DNA of 55,879 bases, taken from positions 1 to 55,879 of the IMG/VR virus record IMGVR_UViG_3300036761_000980; one strand, written 5' to 3'. The DNA comes from a virus (taxonomy: Duplodnaviria > Caudoviricetes). The notes under the pieces were generated by a model that saw nothing but the letters and a program-made list of their open reading frames with translations, was not told the DNA's origin and made no database searches. Shown here one piece after another: positions 29,376-39,677 of this stretch. The translations under genes and the position numbers were made by a program. Position 1 is the first letter of the stretch; each line of letters starts with the position of its first letter.

Positions 29376-30218
29376 GTGATTTCATACATAGGCGGTAAGG
29401 CACGTATCGGTAAATGGATTGTTCCGTTTATACCGAAAAATATTGAAACATTCGCGGAACCCTTTTCCGGAATGATGTGGGTATTCTTTAATATGGACAT
29501 AGAAAAGTACCCAGACTTAAAGACAGTCGTTTATAATGACTTTAATAAGTTAAATGCGAACCTTTTTAGATGTTCTAAACAATATGACCGATTATGGGAT
29601 GAATTAGCTAAATATCCATGTCAGCAATTGGGCGTTGTAGATACACCTCCTGAATATGCGCCATTATTTAGGAAATGTCAGAAAGAAGTGTTTGATCCGA
29701 ATTTGATAATTCCCAATGAGGCTGATTTTGAAATTGCAGGTAAATATGTTTATGCTTTAACTCAGGTATTTTCGGGGTCTAAACCATCGTCATCGCCTTA
29801 TATGGATTATAAAGGAAAATATCGTTGTAAGGTTTTAATTTTTATGGATAAATTGAAAAATCCAAAATTTAGAGAACACCTCGATAAAATAACATTTATC
29901 GAACACAAAGATTTTCAAGAAGTTATTGAAAAATACGATACTCCTACCACATATTTCTATGTGGATAGTCCATATTATGGAACAGAAATGTTATATTCTG
30001 CTCATGATTTTGTTAAATCCGATCATGAAAGATTAGCAAATTGTCTTAAAAAAATTAAAGGAAAATTTGGGATGTCATATTACGAGTTTCCGCAATTATT
30101 AGAATGGTTTCCAAAAGATCAATATCATTGGGAACATCAGGAATTTGCAAAAGCATCTGCGGCGGCAAAAGGTAAGAAGCAAACAAAAGGAACAGAATTA
30201 CTAATTATGAATTACTAG
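29376..30218 (+). CDS. dam: Dam-like (D12 class) DNA adenine methyltransferase
   Basis: YIGGK, EPFSG, YNDFN, catalytic DSPY (DPPY variant), DH.RL motifs; GTG start. Confidence 0.88.
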   Translation: MISYIGGKARIGKWIVPFIPKNIETFAEPFSGMMWVFFNMDIEKYPDLKTVVYNDFNKLNANLFRCSKQYDRLWDELAKYPCQQLGVVDTPPEYAPLFRKCQKEVFDPNLIIPNEADFEIAGKYVYALTQVFSGSKPSSSPYMDYKGKYRCKVLIFMDKLKNPKFREHLDKITFIEHKDFQEVIEKYDTPTTYFYVDSPYYGTEMLYSAHDFVKSDHERLANCLKKIKGKFGMSYYEFPQLLEWFPKDQYHWEHQEFAKASAAAKGKKQTKGTELLIMNY

Positions 30219-30236
30219 TCATCTATTTATATTAAA

Positions 30237-30530
30237 ATGGTAAAGCCACGAGAAATGTCACCAGAAGTTTTAATTTATGTTCAAAATTTAAAGCATTATC
30301 TTACCACTAATGTAGTAGCACAGAAATATTTTAATATAAAAGGTAATGAAGAAACTTTTTTTAATTATTTGAGCGAGGAATCACAAAAAAATTTTGAAGA
30401 ACACGGAGAGCCGCAATTATCATTAGATCAATTTGAAGAACTTAGAAAAAAAATACATGGAAGTCATTATGGCGAAGCTGTCGGACTTTTTATTTCTTTA
30501 GGCGAATACGGATATATATCATTTAATTAA
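30237..30530 (+). CDS. Hypothetical protein
   Basis: 97-aa ORF; CTATTTAT 6 nt before ATG. Confidence 0.65.
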   Translation: MVKPREMSPEVLIYVQNLKHYLTTNVVAQKYFNIKGNEETFFNYLSEESQKNFEEHGEPQLSLDQFEELRKKIHGSHYGEAVGLFISLGEYGYISFN

Positions 30531-30546
30531 TTTAAAATTATAATTT

Positions 30547-31617
30547 ATGAGAAAAATACCATTGGAATTTTCATTATATGACAATGTTTATGGCGGAAGC
30601 CTTCCTGATGATCAATATTATGTAATATTATTTGATGCAATTCCATCAAAGTATTCAACAAGGAATATATATTCAACATCACTTATTGATGAAATGAAAA
30701 AGATAGGATTTATCGAAGAATGCCGGCTTATGACATCAAAAAGAAATTTCGACAAGTCAAATGAATCATTATATGTAAATAAGAATTTACACATAATAAT
30801 GAACGTTCAATGCGATACTTCAAGGAGTCCGGATTTAATAACTACTGAGTTTCTTTATAATATACAATTAGGCGAATTGTTTCAACAAATAGACATAAAT
30901 ATTTTAAAGAATCATCAAAAAACGCTTAAAAAATCAAGTATTCAACTTGTTAAGAGTGACATGGGGCATTTAGATACTGAAGAATACGATTTAACAATTC
31001 CTGAATTGGATCTTGAATTAAATTATGGAAAAGATTTTATTAAAATTCACAATACAATAGTAAAACGATTAAACACCAATGGCGATAAGGGTATTATTCT
31101 TTTACATGGAGCGCCAGGAAGCGGAAAAACAACGTTTTTGAAATATCTTACCAGAGAAATCAAAGATAAAAATATTTTGTTTATACCGCCTTCAATGGCT
31201 GAAATGTTATCAGAGCCATCAATTATTCCATTTTTAATGGATAATAGAAATAGTATATTATTAATTGAAGATGCAGAGAAAGTTATTGCTGATAGAGAAG
31301 GAAAAGGATCGCCAGCTGGAGTATCAAATCTTTTAAATTTAACTGATGGTATTTTGGGTGATTGTTTAAACATTCAAGTGATAGCCACTTTTAATATGAA
31401 AAGAGAACGAATTGATCCTGCATTATTGCGAAAAGGCCGTCTTTTATGCGAATGGCATTTTAAGGAATTATCTATTGGTGATAGTAATATATTATTAAAA
31501 AAAATATTTCCAGGTGAGAATTATACCACCAATAAGCCAATGTTATTATCGGATATATACGGATTTGAAGATGATGACTTTTCGATAAAAAGAGATGAGG
31601 TAATTGGATTTAAATGA
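30547..31617 (+). CDS. AAA+ ATPase
   Basis: GAPGSGKT Walker A, LLIED Walker B, LLN.TDG, IDPALLR.GR. Confidence 0.9.
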   Translation: MRKIPLEFSLYDNVYGGSLPDDQYYVILFDAIPSKYSTRNIYSTSLIDEMKKIGFIEECRLMTSKRNFDKSNESLYVNKNLHIIMNVQCDTSRSPDLITTEFLYNIQLGELFQQIDINILKNHQKTLKKSSIQLVKSDMGHLDTEEYDLTIPELDLELNYGKDFIKIHNTIVKRLNTNGDKGIILLHGAPGSGKTTFLKYLTREIKDKNILFIPPSMAEMLSEPSIIPFLMDNRNSILLIEDAEKVIADREGKGSPAGVSNLLNLTDGILGDCLNIQVIATFNMKRERIDPALLRKGRLLCEWHFKELSIGDSNILLKKIFPGENYTTNKPMLLSDIYGFEDDDFSIKRDEVIGFK

Positions 31618-31898
31618 AAACCGTTGTTATTTTCACATTAAACAGTTGCTCTCATTGTCAAGAATTAAAACAAGAATTAACGAAATTATCAATACCATTT
31701 GATGATGTGGAAATAACCTTAAATAGGAAACTATGGGATTACGTTATTTCTCAAACAGGGTATGATCTTCTTCCAACAGTATTTATTAAAGACGGTAATG
31801 ATGATAGTGGCCTTATTTACACACCTGGACGAGATTTTCAAAGTAATGATGAAATAATAGAAATAATAAAGAATCAATACATAGAAAAAGGGAGTTAA
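31614..31898 (+). CDS. Glutaredoxin-like protein
   Basis: CSHC active site and LPTVFI cis-Pro motif. Confidence 0.85.
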   Translation: MKTVVIFTLNSCSHCQELKQELTKLSIPFDDVEITLNRKLWDYVISQTGYDLLPTVFIKDGNDDSGLIYTPGRDFQSNDEIIEIIKNQYIEKGS

Positions 31899-31913
31899 AA
31901 CTTCCTTTTTTTT
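31885..31913 (+). terminator. Intrinsic terminator
   Basis: AAAAAGGGAGT-taaa-ACTTCCTTTTT hairpin followed by T tract. Confidence 0.7.
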
Positions 31914-31932
31914 GCAAAGAACGATTATAAAA

Positions 31933-31963
31933 CTATTTATCTGAAAGTAACTTCAGATAAATG
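31933..31963 (+). promoter_or_regulatory. TATTTAT motif embedded in an 11-bp hairpin covering the fibre-gene start codon
   Basis: ATTTATCTGAA (31935-45) / TTCAGATAAAT (31952-62); ATG at 31961. Confidence 0.65.
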
Positions 31964-34900
31964 GCATTACAAAAGATAAATTGGACGCAAATTGATTCCG
32001 CCCATGTCCCCTCTGGTTTAACTATAGATTTAGGTTCAATACCCACACCAATTGATGGGACGTATACCGAAACCTTATTTATTGGGGAAGATGGTAATGA
32101 AGAAGTACTACATAACTTTTTTTGGTATCTTACTGGTTGTACAGGTAATACCGGAGCATCAGGAGATAGATATAGAACAACATCAACAACACAGCTAACA
32201 ATATCGGGGGGAACACAAACATTAATAGTTGGAACAGGATTATCATATATTCCAGGGCAGTCATTAATCATCGCAAAAGATGGTTACAATTATATGGAAG
32301 GTACTGTTGTCTCGTACACTGGGTCAACAGGAGAAATGATTGGGAATATAACATCATTTAGCGGATCTGGAACATATAATAGTTGGTATGTCAATTTAGG
32401 CGGAGCACAAGGAGCGGATGGAACTTCGGGTACAAGCGGAATATCTGGAACTAGCGGTTCTTCTGGAAGCTCAGGAACATCGGGTTCTAGCGGTTCTTCT
32501 GGAACAAGAGGAACATCCGGATCTTCAGGCTCATCAGGAACATCGGGTTCTCGTGGTACATCCGGATCTTCAGGTTCGTCTGGAACAAGTGGTACATCTG
32601 GTTCATCTGGAACAAGAGGAACATCAGGAACTTCAGGTTCTAGCGGATCATCTGGAACAAAAGGCACGTCTGGAACTTCGGGTTCTAGCGGGTCATCTGG
32701 GTCAAAAGGAACTTCAGGATCAAGTGGTTCGTCTGGAACAAGTGGATTATCCGGAACTTCAGGATCAAGTGGTTCTTCTGGAACAAGTGGATTATCCGGA
32801 ACTTCAGGATCAAGTGGTTCGTCTGGAATTTCAGGATCAAATGGAACATCTGGAACTTCAGGATCGAGCGGGTCTTCAGGGTCATCTGGTACATCTGGAA
32901 TAGATGGTTCTTCTGGAACATCTGGTACAAGTGGTTCGTCTGGCAGTTCTGGAACATCTGGAACATCTGGAACATCTGGAAGTTCTGGAACATCTGGAAT
33001 ATCAGGTACAAGCGGGTCATCGGGTAGTTCTGGAACATCTGGTACAAGCGGTTCGTCGGGTAGTTCTGGAACATCTGGTACAAGCGGGTCATCGGGATCA
33101 AGCGGTACATCAGGATCAAGCGGCACATCAGGTACAAGTGGGTCATCTGGCACAGCGGGCTCAAGTGGATCATCAGGTACGTCGGGGCAAGATGGGACAA
33201 ATTTTGGTACAAGCGGAACATCTGGAACATCTGGAACATCTGGTACAAGTGGTACATCTGGAACGTCAGGTGAACAGGGAATTATTGGGCCCCCAGGATT
33301 AGCTGGAACAAGTGGAACATCAGGAATAGATGGTTCTTCAGGAACATCAGGAATAGATGGTTCTTCTGGAACATCTGGCAGTTCTGGATCATCAGGTACA
33401 TCTGGAACATCTGGCACAACGGGCACATCAGGTACAAGCGGTTCATCTGGCACAGCGGGTTCAAGTGGATCATCGGGTACATCAGGGCAAGATGGTACAA
33501 ACTTTGGCACGAGCGGCACAAGTGGCACATCTGGAATAGATGGATCATCAGGATCAAGTGGAACATCAGGATCATCAGGATCAAGTGGAACATCAGGTGA
33601 GCAAGGAGTTATTGGCCCTCCAGGATTATCTGGATCACATGGAACATCGGGTTCAAGTGGTTCTTCAGGAACATCTGGAATAGACGGATCATCTGGCACA
33701 TCTGGAATAGATGGATCACACGGGACATCTGGTACATCTGGAATAGATGGGTCTAGCGGCACATCAGGATCTTCAGGATCATCGGGTGTTGGTACATCTG
33801 GTACATCTGGTACATCTGGTACAAGTGGAACATCTGGAATAGACGGATCATCGGGATCAAGCGGAACATCAGGAGAACAAGGAGTTATTGGACCACCAGG
33901 ATTATCAGGAACATCGGGTTCAAGTGGTTCTTCAGGAACATCTGGAGTAGATGGATCATCTGGTACATCTGGTACAGATGGAACTAGTGGGTCATCTGGA
34001 TCATCTGGATCATCAGGTGTTGGAACATCTGGAACATCTGGAACATCTGGAATAGATGGTTCATCTGGCACATCTGGAATAGACGGGTCGTCTGGAACAT
34101 CTGGTATAGATGGATCATCTGGAACATCTGGAATAGACGGATCATCTGGAACAAGCGGAACTTCGGGATTTGGGTCATCTGGCACATCTGGGTCATCAGG
34201 TGTTGGTACATCAGGTACAAGCGGAACATCAGGTGAGCCAGGAATTATTGGGCCGCCAGGAGTGCCAGGAACTAGCGGAACATCGGGTTCTTCAGGATCA
34301 TATGGTACTAGCGGAACATCGGGTTCAAGTGGATCTTCTGGAACATCTGGAATAGACGGATCATCTGGAACATCTGGAATAGAGGGGTCGTCTGGAACAT
34401 CTGGTATAGATGGATCATCTGGAACATCTGGAATAGACGGATCATCTGGAACATCTGGATCATCTGGATCATCGGGTGTTGGGACATCTGGGACATCTGG
34501 AACATCTGGCACATCTGGAACAAGTGGGTCATCTGGATCAAGCGGGACATCAGGTGATCAAGGAATTATTGGTCCACCAGGAGTGTCAGGAACATCTGGA
34601 ACTTCAGGGTCTTCGGGAACATCTGGTTCTAGTGGATCATCAGGAATATCTGGATCTAGTGGAACTTCTGGCACTGACGGAACATCTGGTTCTAGTGGTT
34701 CTTCGGGAACATCAGGGTCATCAGGGTCATCTGGAGTAGGTACGTCAGGAACAAGTGGAACATCAGGTGAGCAGGGAGTTATCGGTCCTCCAGGATTATC
34801 TGGATCGCATGGAACATCTGGCTCAAGTGGTTCTTCAGGCACATCTGGAACAAGCGGAACATCTGGAACTTCAGGTTCTAGTGGATCATCAGGAATTGAT

Positions 34901-37900
34901 GGATCTTCGGGCTCATCTGGAACATCAGGTACAAGTGGGTCTTCAGGTTCAGCTGGAACTAGTGGATCGTCTGGATCGTCAGGTGTTGGAACGTCTGGAA
35001 CGTCTGGAACGTCTGGAACGTCTGGAACGTCTGGAATAGATGGATCTTCAGGAACAAGTGGGTCTTCAGGTTCATCTGGAACATCGGGTACAAGTGGGTC
35101 TTCAGGCTCATATGGAACAAGCGGAACTTCAGGATCAAGTGGATCGTCTGGCACAAATGGAACATCGGGTTCTAGTGGATCATCTGGAACATCAGGTTCT
35201 AGCGGATCATCAGGTATAAATGGTTCATCAGGCTCATCGGGAAGTTCTGGCTCAAGTGGGTCTTCAGGATCAAGCGGCTCAAGTGGATCATCAGGATCAA
35301 GTGGATCTTCAGGATCAAGTGGATCTTCAGGATCAAGCGGATCTTCAGGAACCAGTGGATTATCAGGAACATTTGGTACTTCAGGTACTAGTGGTTCATC
35401 TGGGTCATATGGAACGAGCGGGACATCTGGAACTTCAGGAACATCAGGAATTTCGGGGTCTTCAGGAACTTCAGGATCAAAGGGAACTTCAGGAACAAGC
35501 GGAACGTCTGGTACAAGCGGATTACATGGATTATCTGGATCACATGGAACATCTGGTTCAAGTGGTTCTTCAGGAACATCAGGAACATCAGGAATTGATG
35601 GATCAAGTGGGACATCTGGTCCAGGTGGTTCTTCAGGAACATCTGGAATAGATGGATCATATGGAACATCAGGGACATCAGGAGCGTCAGGTTCATCTGG
35701 AGAGTCTGGATCGCATGGAACATCAGGAACATCAGGAGCATCAGGTTCATCTGGAGAATCTGGATCGCATGGAACATCTGGAACATCTGGAACAAGTGGT
35801 ATTTCAGGAGATAAGTATCAAACAACGTCATCTACATGTTTAACTATATCTGGTATAACACAAACACTCACGGTTTTAAGTGGATTATCATATAGCGCTG
35901 GACAATCATTAATTATTGGATTTGACGGGTCAAATTATATGACTGGTACGGTTACATCATATAATCCATCAACAGGAGCAATGGTTGGAAATATTTTATC
36001 TACTGTTGGTTCTGGATTTTATTGCGATTGGGATGTAAACTTAGGAGGGGCTCAAGGCGCTGATGGATCGCATGGAACATCTGGAACTTCTGGTACAAGC
36101 GGATCATCAGGTTCTTCTGGTACAAGCGGATCATCAGGCTCTTCTGGCACAAGTGGATCATCAGGTAGTTCCGGAACATCTGGCACAAGTGGTACATCTG
36201 GAATAGACGGATCATCTGGTACATCAGGATCTAGTGGTTCTTCAGGTTCAAGTGGCGCTGGGGTATCGGGTACAACTGATAATGATTTTTATTATGATAT
36301 TGATACAGATACATTATATGTACCAAATATAACTTTAAATGGTTCGATTATAATTGCAACTAATCTTCCTGTTGGAGATGATAATGGAACTAAAATAGGT
36401 TTAAGTGGTGATACATTTTATGTTGTGACAGGAATTACAACAGGATCATCAGGAACTTCAGGTACATCTGGAGCGTCAGGTTCATCAGGAGAATCTGGAT
36501 CACATGGAACTTCAGGAACTTCAGGAGCATCAGGTTCATCAGGGGAATCTGGGTCGCATGGCACATCTGGAACATCTGGTTCAAGCGGAAGTTCTGGATC
36601 AACAGGTACAAGTGGTTCTAGTGGATCTTCAGGAACGAGTGGTACATCAGGTATATCGGGCACAAGTGGCTCTTCTGGCTCTTCAGGCACAAGTGGAACA
36701 TCCGGATCAAGTGGAAGTTCAGGAACAAGTGGAACTAGTGGTTCATCAGGTAGTTCTGGAACATCTGGCACTTCTGGAACCAGCGGAGCATCAGGAACAA
36801 GTGGTTCTTCTGGATCATCTGGTACTAGTGGATCATCAGGTAGCTCAGGTACAAGCGGATCTTCTGGATCATCAGGCACATCTGGCACTAGCGGATCATC
36901 AGGAAGTTCAGGAACAAGTGGTACATCGGGAACAAGTGGTTCTTCTGGAACATCAGGATCGAGCGGGTCATCTGGAACTTCAGGCACAAGTGGTTCATCT
37001 GGTTCTTATGGTACAAGCGGAACATCTGGTACAAGTGGATCATCAGGATCTTCTGGAACATCTGGAAGTTCGGGATCATCTGGAACATCTGGTACAAGTG
37101 GATCATCAGGTTCTTCTGGCACAAGCGGAGGTTCAGGATCATCTGGGACAAGTGGAACATCTGGAACCAGTGGTTCATCTGGTAGTTCTGGGACAAGTGG
37201 AACATCAGGTTCGTCTGGCAGTTCTGGAACATCTGGTTCATCTGGTAGTTCAGGAACATCAGGTACAAGTGGTTCATCTGGTAGTTCTGGAACAAGCGGT
37301 AGTTCAGGATCTTCTGGCACAAGTGGAACATCTGGTACTAGTGGTTCATCGGGTTCATCTGGAACTAGTGGAACTTCTGGAACATCAGGTATATCGGGCA
37401 CAAGTGGTTCTTCTGGCTCTTCAGGTACAAGCGGGACATCAGGATCAAGTGGAAGTTCAGGTACAAGCGGGACATCAGGATCAAGTGGAAGTTCAGGCAC
37501 AAGTGGGACATCAGGATCAAGTGGAAGTTCAGGCACAAGTGGGACATCAGGAATATCTGGAACAAGCGGTAGTTCAGGATCTTCTGGCACTTCTGGTACG
37601 AGCGGATCTTCTGGTTCATCTGGAACAAGCGGTAGTTCAGGATCTTCTGGTACTTCAGGCACAAGTGGTGGTTCAGGTTCATCTGGAACAAGTGGAACAT
37701 CTGGAACTAGTGGTTCATCAGGTTCATCAGGAACATCAGGCACAAGCGGTTCATCTGGAAGCTCAGGCACAAGCGGAACATCTGGATCAAGTGGATCTTC
37801 AGGAACATCAGGTACAAGCGGTAGTTCAGGTTCGTCTGGTACTTCAGGCACAAGTGGTTCATCAGGTTCATCTGGAACATCGGGTTCGTCTGGTAGTTCT

Positions 37901-39676
37901 GGAACAAGCGGTAGTTCAGGATCTTCTGGTACAAGTGGCGGTTCGGGTTCATCTGGAACATCAGGTACAAGCGGATCATCTGGAACATCTGGTACGAGTG
38001 GCACATCTGGAACATCTGGTACGAGTGGCACATCTGGAAGTTCGGGATCATCTGGAACATCTGGCACAAGTGGATCTAGCGGGTCTTCTGGAACAAGTGG
38101 ATCTTCTGGTACATCTGGAACAAGTGGTTCATCAGGATCAAGTGGCACATCTGGAAGTTCAGGATCATCAGGCACATCTGGAAATTCTGGATCATCTGGC
38201 ACAAGTGGATCTTCTGGTAGTTCTGGAACATCTGGAACAAGTGGGTCTTCTGGGTCATCTGGAACAAGTGGATCGTCTGGAAGCTCAGGAACATCTGGCA
38301 CAAGTGGATCTTCTGGAAGTTCAGGGTCATCTGGCATAAGTGGATCTTCTGGAACTAGTGGGTCAAGTGGATCTTCAGGAACTAGTGGAAATTCTGGATC
38401 ATCAGGAACATCTGGCACTAGTGGATCGTCTGGTACTTCAGGAACATCTGGTACTTCTGGTACAAGCGGATCTAGCGGGTCTTCCGGTACAAGCGGTAGT
38501 TCAGGAACATCTGGAACAAGCGGCACATCTGGATCTAGTGGTTCATCAGGAACAAGCGGATCGTCTGGTAGTTCTGGAACATCTGGCACTTCAGGGACAT
38601 CTGGTATTTCTGGTACAAGCGGATCTAGCGGGTCTTCTGGCACAAGCGGTAGTTCAGGATCATCTGGTACTTCAGGAGTGAGTGGAACATCAGGTTCATC
38701 GGGTAGTTCAGGCACAAGTGGGTCAAGTGGTTCATCTGGAACAAGCGGATCATCTGGTAGTTCTGGAACATCTGGAACAAGCGGTACATCTGGATCTAGT
38801 GGTTCATCTGGAACAAGCGGATCATCTGGTAGTTCTGGAACATCTGGAACAAGCGGCACATCTGGATCTAGTGGTTCATCAGGAACAAGCGGATCATCAG
38901 GTAGTTCCGGAACATCTGGCACAAGTGGTACATCTGGAATAGACGGATCATCTGGTACATCAGGATCTAGTGGTTCTTCAGGTTCAAGTGGTGCGGGTGT
39001 ATCAGGTATAACCGATAGTGATTTTTATTATGACATCGATACAAATACATTATATACTCCTAATATAACATTAAATGGTTCAACTATAATTGCAACTAAT
39101 CTTCCTGTTGGATCCGATAATGGGACTAAAATAAGTTTAAGTGGTGATACATTTTATGTTGTAACAGGAATTACGACTGGTACATCTGGAACATCTGGAA
39201 CTTCAGGAGCATCGGGTTCATCTGGAGAATCTGGATCACATGGAACATCTGGAACTTCAGGTACAAGTGGATCAAGCGGCTCGAGTGGTTATAGTGGTAC
39301 AACATATTCTGGATTTTATTATTTTAATGGATGTTTATACGCTGATTGTGTAATTATAAATGGATCATATAAAATAAATTCAGTAATATTAACAGGTCTT
39401 ACTAGTACAGGATCAACAATTACATTAATATCAAAAACATATTGTAGCGGGGCGTTTTTTGATTATTATGTACAAGATGGGTCTAATATGAGAATAGGTA
39501 CAGTAATGAGTGTTTGGGATGGTACAAATATATCATATACTGATTATTCAACTACGGATATTGGAGATTCATCGCCAGTCTCATTCACTGCTAGTATAGA
39601 TGGATCTAATGTAAAATTAGAAGCAGAGATATCATCTGGAACTTGGACAATAAAACTCGGTATTAGATTAATATAA
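31961..39676 (+). CDS. Giant Gly-Ser-Thr (G-X-Y) collagen-like fibre protein, 2571 aa
   Basis: Roughly 2000 residues of GTS/GSS triplets with Gly every third residue, interspersed GEQGVIGPPG motifs, two duplicated globular modules and a beta-rich C-terminal domain. Confidence 0.85.
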   Translation: MALQKINWTQIDSAHVPSGLTIDLGSIPTPIDGTYTETLFIGEDGNEEVLHNFFWYLTGCTGNTGASGDRYRTTSTTQLTISGGTQTLIVGTGLSYIPGQSLIIAKDGYNYMEGTVVSYTGSTGEMIGNITSFSGSGTYNSWYVNLGGAQGADGTSGTSGISGTSGSSGSSGTSGSSGSSGTRGTSGSSGSSGTSGSRGTSGSSGSSGTSGTSGSSGTRGTSGTSGSSGSSGTKGTSGTSGSSGSSGSKGTSGSSGSSGTSGLSGTSGSSGSSGTSGLSGTSGSSGSSGISGSNGTSGTSGSSGSSGSSGTSGIDGSSGTSGTSGSSGSSGTSGTSGTSGSSGTSGISGTSGSSGSSGTSGTSGSSGSSGTSGTSGSSGSSGTSGSSGTSGTSGSSGTAGSSGSSGTSGQDGTNFGTSGTSGTSGTSGTSGTSGTSGEQGIIGPPGLAGTSGTSGIDGSSGTSGIDGSSGTSGSSGSSGTSGTSGTTGTSGTSGSSGTAGSSGSSGTSGQDGTNFGTSGTSGTSGIDGSSGSSGTSGSSGSSGTSGEQGVIGPPGLSGSHGTSGSSGSSGTSGIDGSSGTSGIDGSHGTSGTSGIDGSSGTSGSSGSSGVGTSGTSGTSGTSGTSGIDGSSGSSGTSGEQGVIGPPGLSGTSGSSGSSGTSGVDGSSGTSGTDGTSGSSGSSGSSGVGTSGTSGTSGIDGSSGTSGIDGSSGTSGIDGSSGTSGIDGSSGTSGTSGFGSSGTSGSSGVGTSGTSGTSGEPGIIGPPGVPGTSGTSGSSGSYGTSGTSGSSGSSGTSGIDGSSGTSGIEGSSGTSGIDGSSGTSGIDGSSGTSGSSGSSGVGTSGTSGTSGTSGTSGSSGSSGTSGDQGIIGPPGVSGTSGTSGSSGTSGSSGSSGISGSSGTSGTDGTSGSSGSSGTSGSSGSSGVGTSGTSGTSGEQGVIGPPGLSGSHGTSGSSGSSGTSGTSGTSGTSGSSGSSGIDGSSGSSGTSGTSGSSGSAGTSGSSGSSGVGTSGTSGTSGTSGTSGIDGSSGTSGSSGSSGTSGTSGSSGSYGTSGTSGSSGSSGTNGTSGSSGSSGTSGSSGSSGINGSSGSSGSSGSSGSSGSSGSSGSSGSSGSSGSSGSSGSSGSSGTSGLSGTFGTSGTSGSSGSYGTSGTSGTSGTSGISGSSGTSGSKGTSGTSGTSGTSGLHGLSGSHGTSGSSGSSGTSGTSGIDGSSGTSGPGGSSGTSGIDGSYGTSGTSGASGSSGESGSHGTSGTSGASGSSGESGSHGTSGTSGTSGISGDKYQTTSSTCLTISGITQTLTVLSGLSYSAGQSLIIGFDGSNYMTGTVTSYNPSTGAMVGNILSTVGSGFYCDWDVNLGGAQGADGSHGTSGTSGTSGSSGSSGTSGSSGSSGTSGSSGSSGTSGTSGTSGIDGSSGTSGSSGSSGSSGAGVSGTTDNDFYYDIDTDTLYVPNITLNGSIIIATNLPVGDDNGTKIGLSGDTFYVVTGITTGSSGTSGTSGASGSSGESGSHGTSGTSGASGSSGESGSHGTSGTSGSSGSSGSTGTSGSSGSSGTSGTSGISGTSGSSGSSGTSGTSGSSGSSGTSGTSGSSGSSGTSGTSGTSGASGTSGSSGSSGTSGSSGSSGTSGSSGSSGTSGTSGSSGSSGTSGTSGTSGSSGTSGSSGSSGTSGTSGSSGSYGTSGTSGTSGSSGSSGTSGSSGSSGTSGTSGSSGSSGTSGGSGSSGTSGTSGTSGSSGSSGTSGTSGSSGSSGTSGSSGSSGTSGTSGSSGSSGTSGSSGSSGTSGTSGTSGSSGSSGTSGTSGTSGISGTSGSSGSSGTSGTSGSSGSSGTSGTSGSSGSSGTSGTSGSSGSSGTSGTSGISGTSGSSGSSGTSGTSGSSGSSGTSGSSGSSGTSGTSGGSGSSGTSGTSGTSGSSGSSGTSGTSGSSGSSGTSGTSGSSGSSGTSGTSGSSGSSGTSGTSGSSGSSGTSGSSGSSGTSGSSGSSGTSGGSGSSGTSGTSGSSGTSGTSGTSGTSGTSGTSGSSGSSGTSGTSGSSGSSGTSGSSGTSGTSGSSGSSGTSGSSGSSGTSGNSGSSGTSGSSGSSGTSGTSGSSGSSGTSGSSGSSGTSGTSGSSGSSGSSGISGSSGTSGSSGSSGTSGNSGSSGTSGTSGSSGTSGTSGTSGTSGSSGSSGTSGSSGTSGTSGTSGSSGSSGTSGSSGSSGTSGTSGTSGISGTSGSSGSSGTSGSSGSSGTSGVSGTSGSSGSSGTSGSSGSSGTSGSSGSSGTSGTSGTSGSSGSSGTSGSSGSSGTSGTSGTSGSSGSSGTSGSSGSSGTSGTSGTSGIDGSSGTSGSSGSSGSSGAGVSGITDSDFYYDIDTNTLYTPNITLNGSTIIATNLPVGSDNGTKISLSGDTFYVVTGITTGTSGTSGTSGASGSSGESGSHGTSGTSGTSGSSGSSGYSGTTYSGFYYFNGCLYADCVIINGSYKINSVILTGLTSTGSTITLISKTYCSGAFFDYYVQDGSNMRIGTVMSVWDGTNISYTDYSTTDIGDSSPVSFTASIDGSNVKLEAEISSGTWTIKLGIRLI
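32419..39290 (+). repeat. 9-nt-period GTS/GSS coding repeat with internal segmental duplications
   Basis: GGAACATCT/GGTTCATCT-type units; ~95 bp identical at 36161-36255 and 38897-38991. Confidence 0.95.
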
Positions 39677-39677
39677 A

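Noticed and set aside
32290-38942. Long antisense and alternate-frame ORFs (PDVPDVP..., LEHLVQV..., MFQMFQ...)
   Set aside because: Shadow frames created by the stop-poor GTS/GSS repeat; no independent starts or domains.
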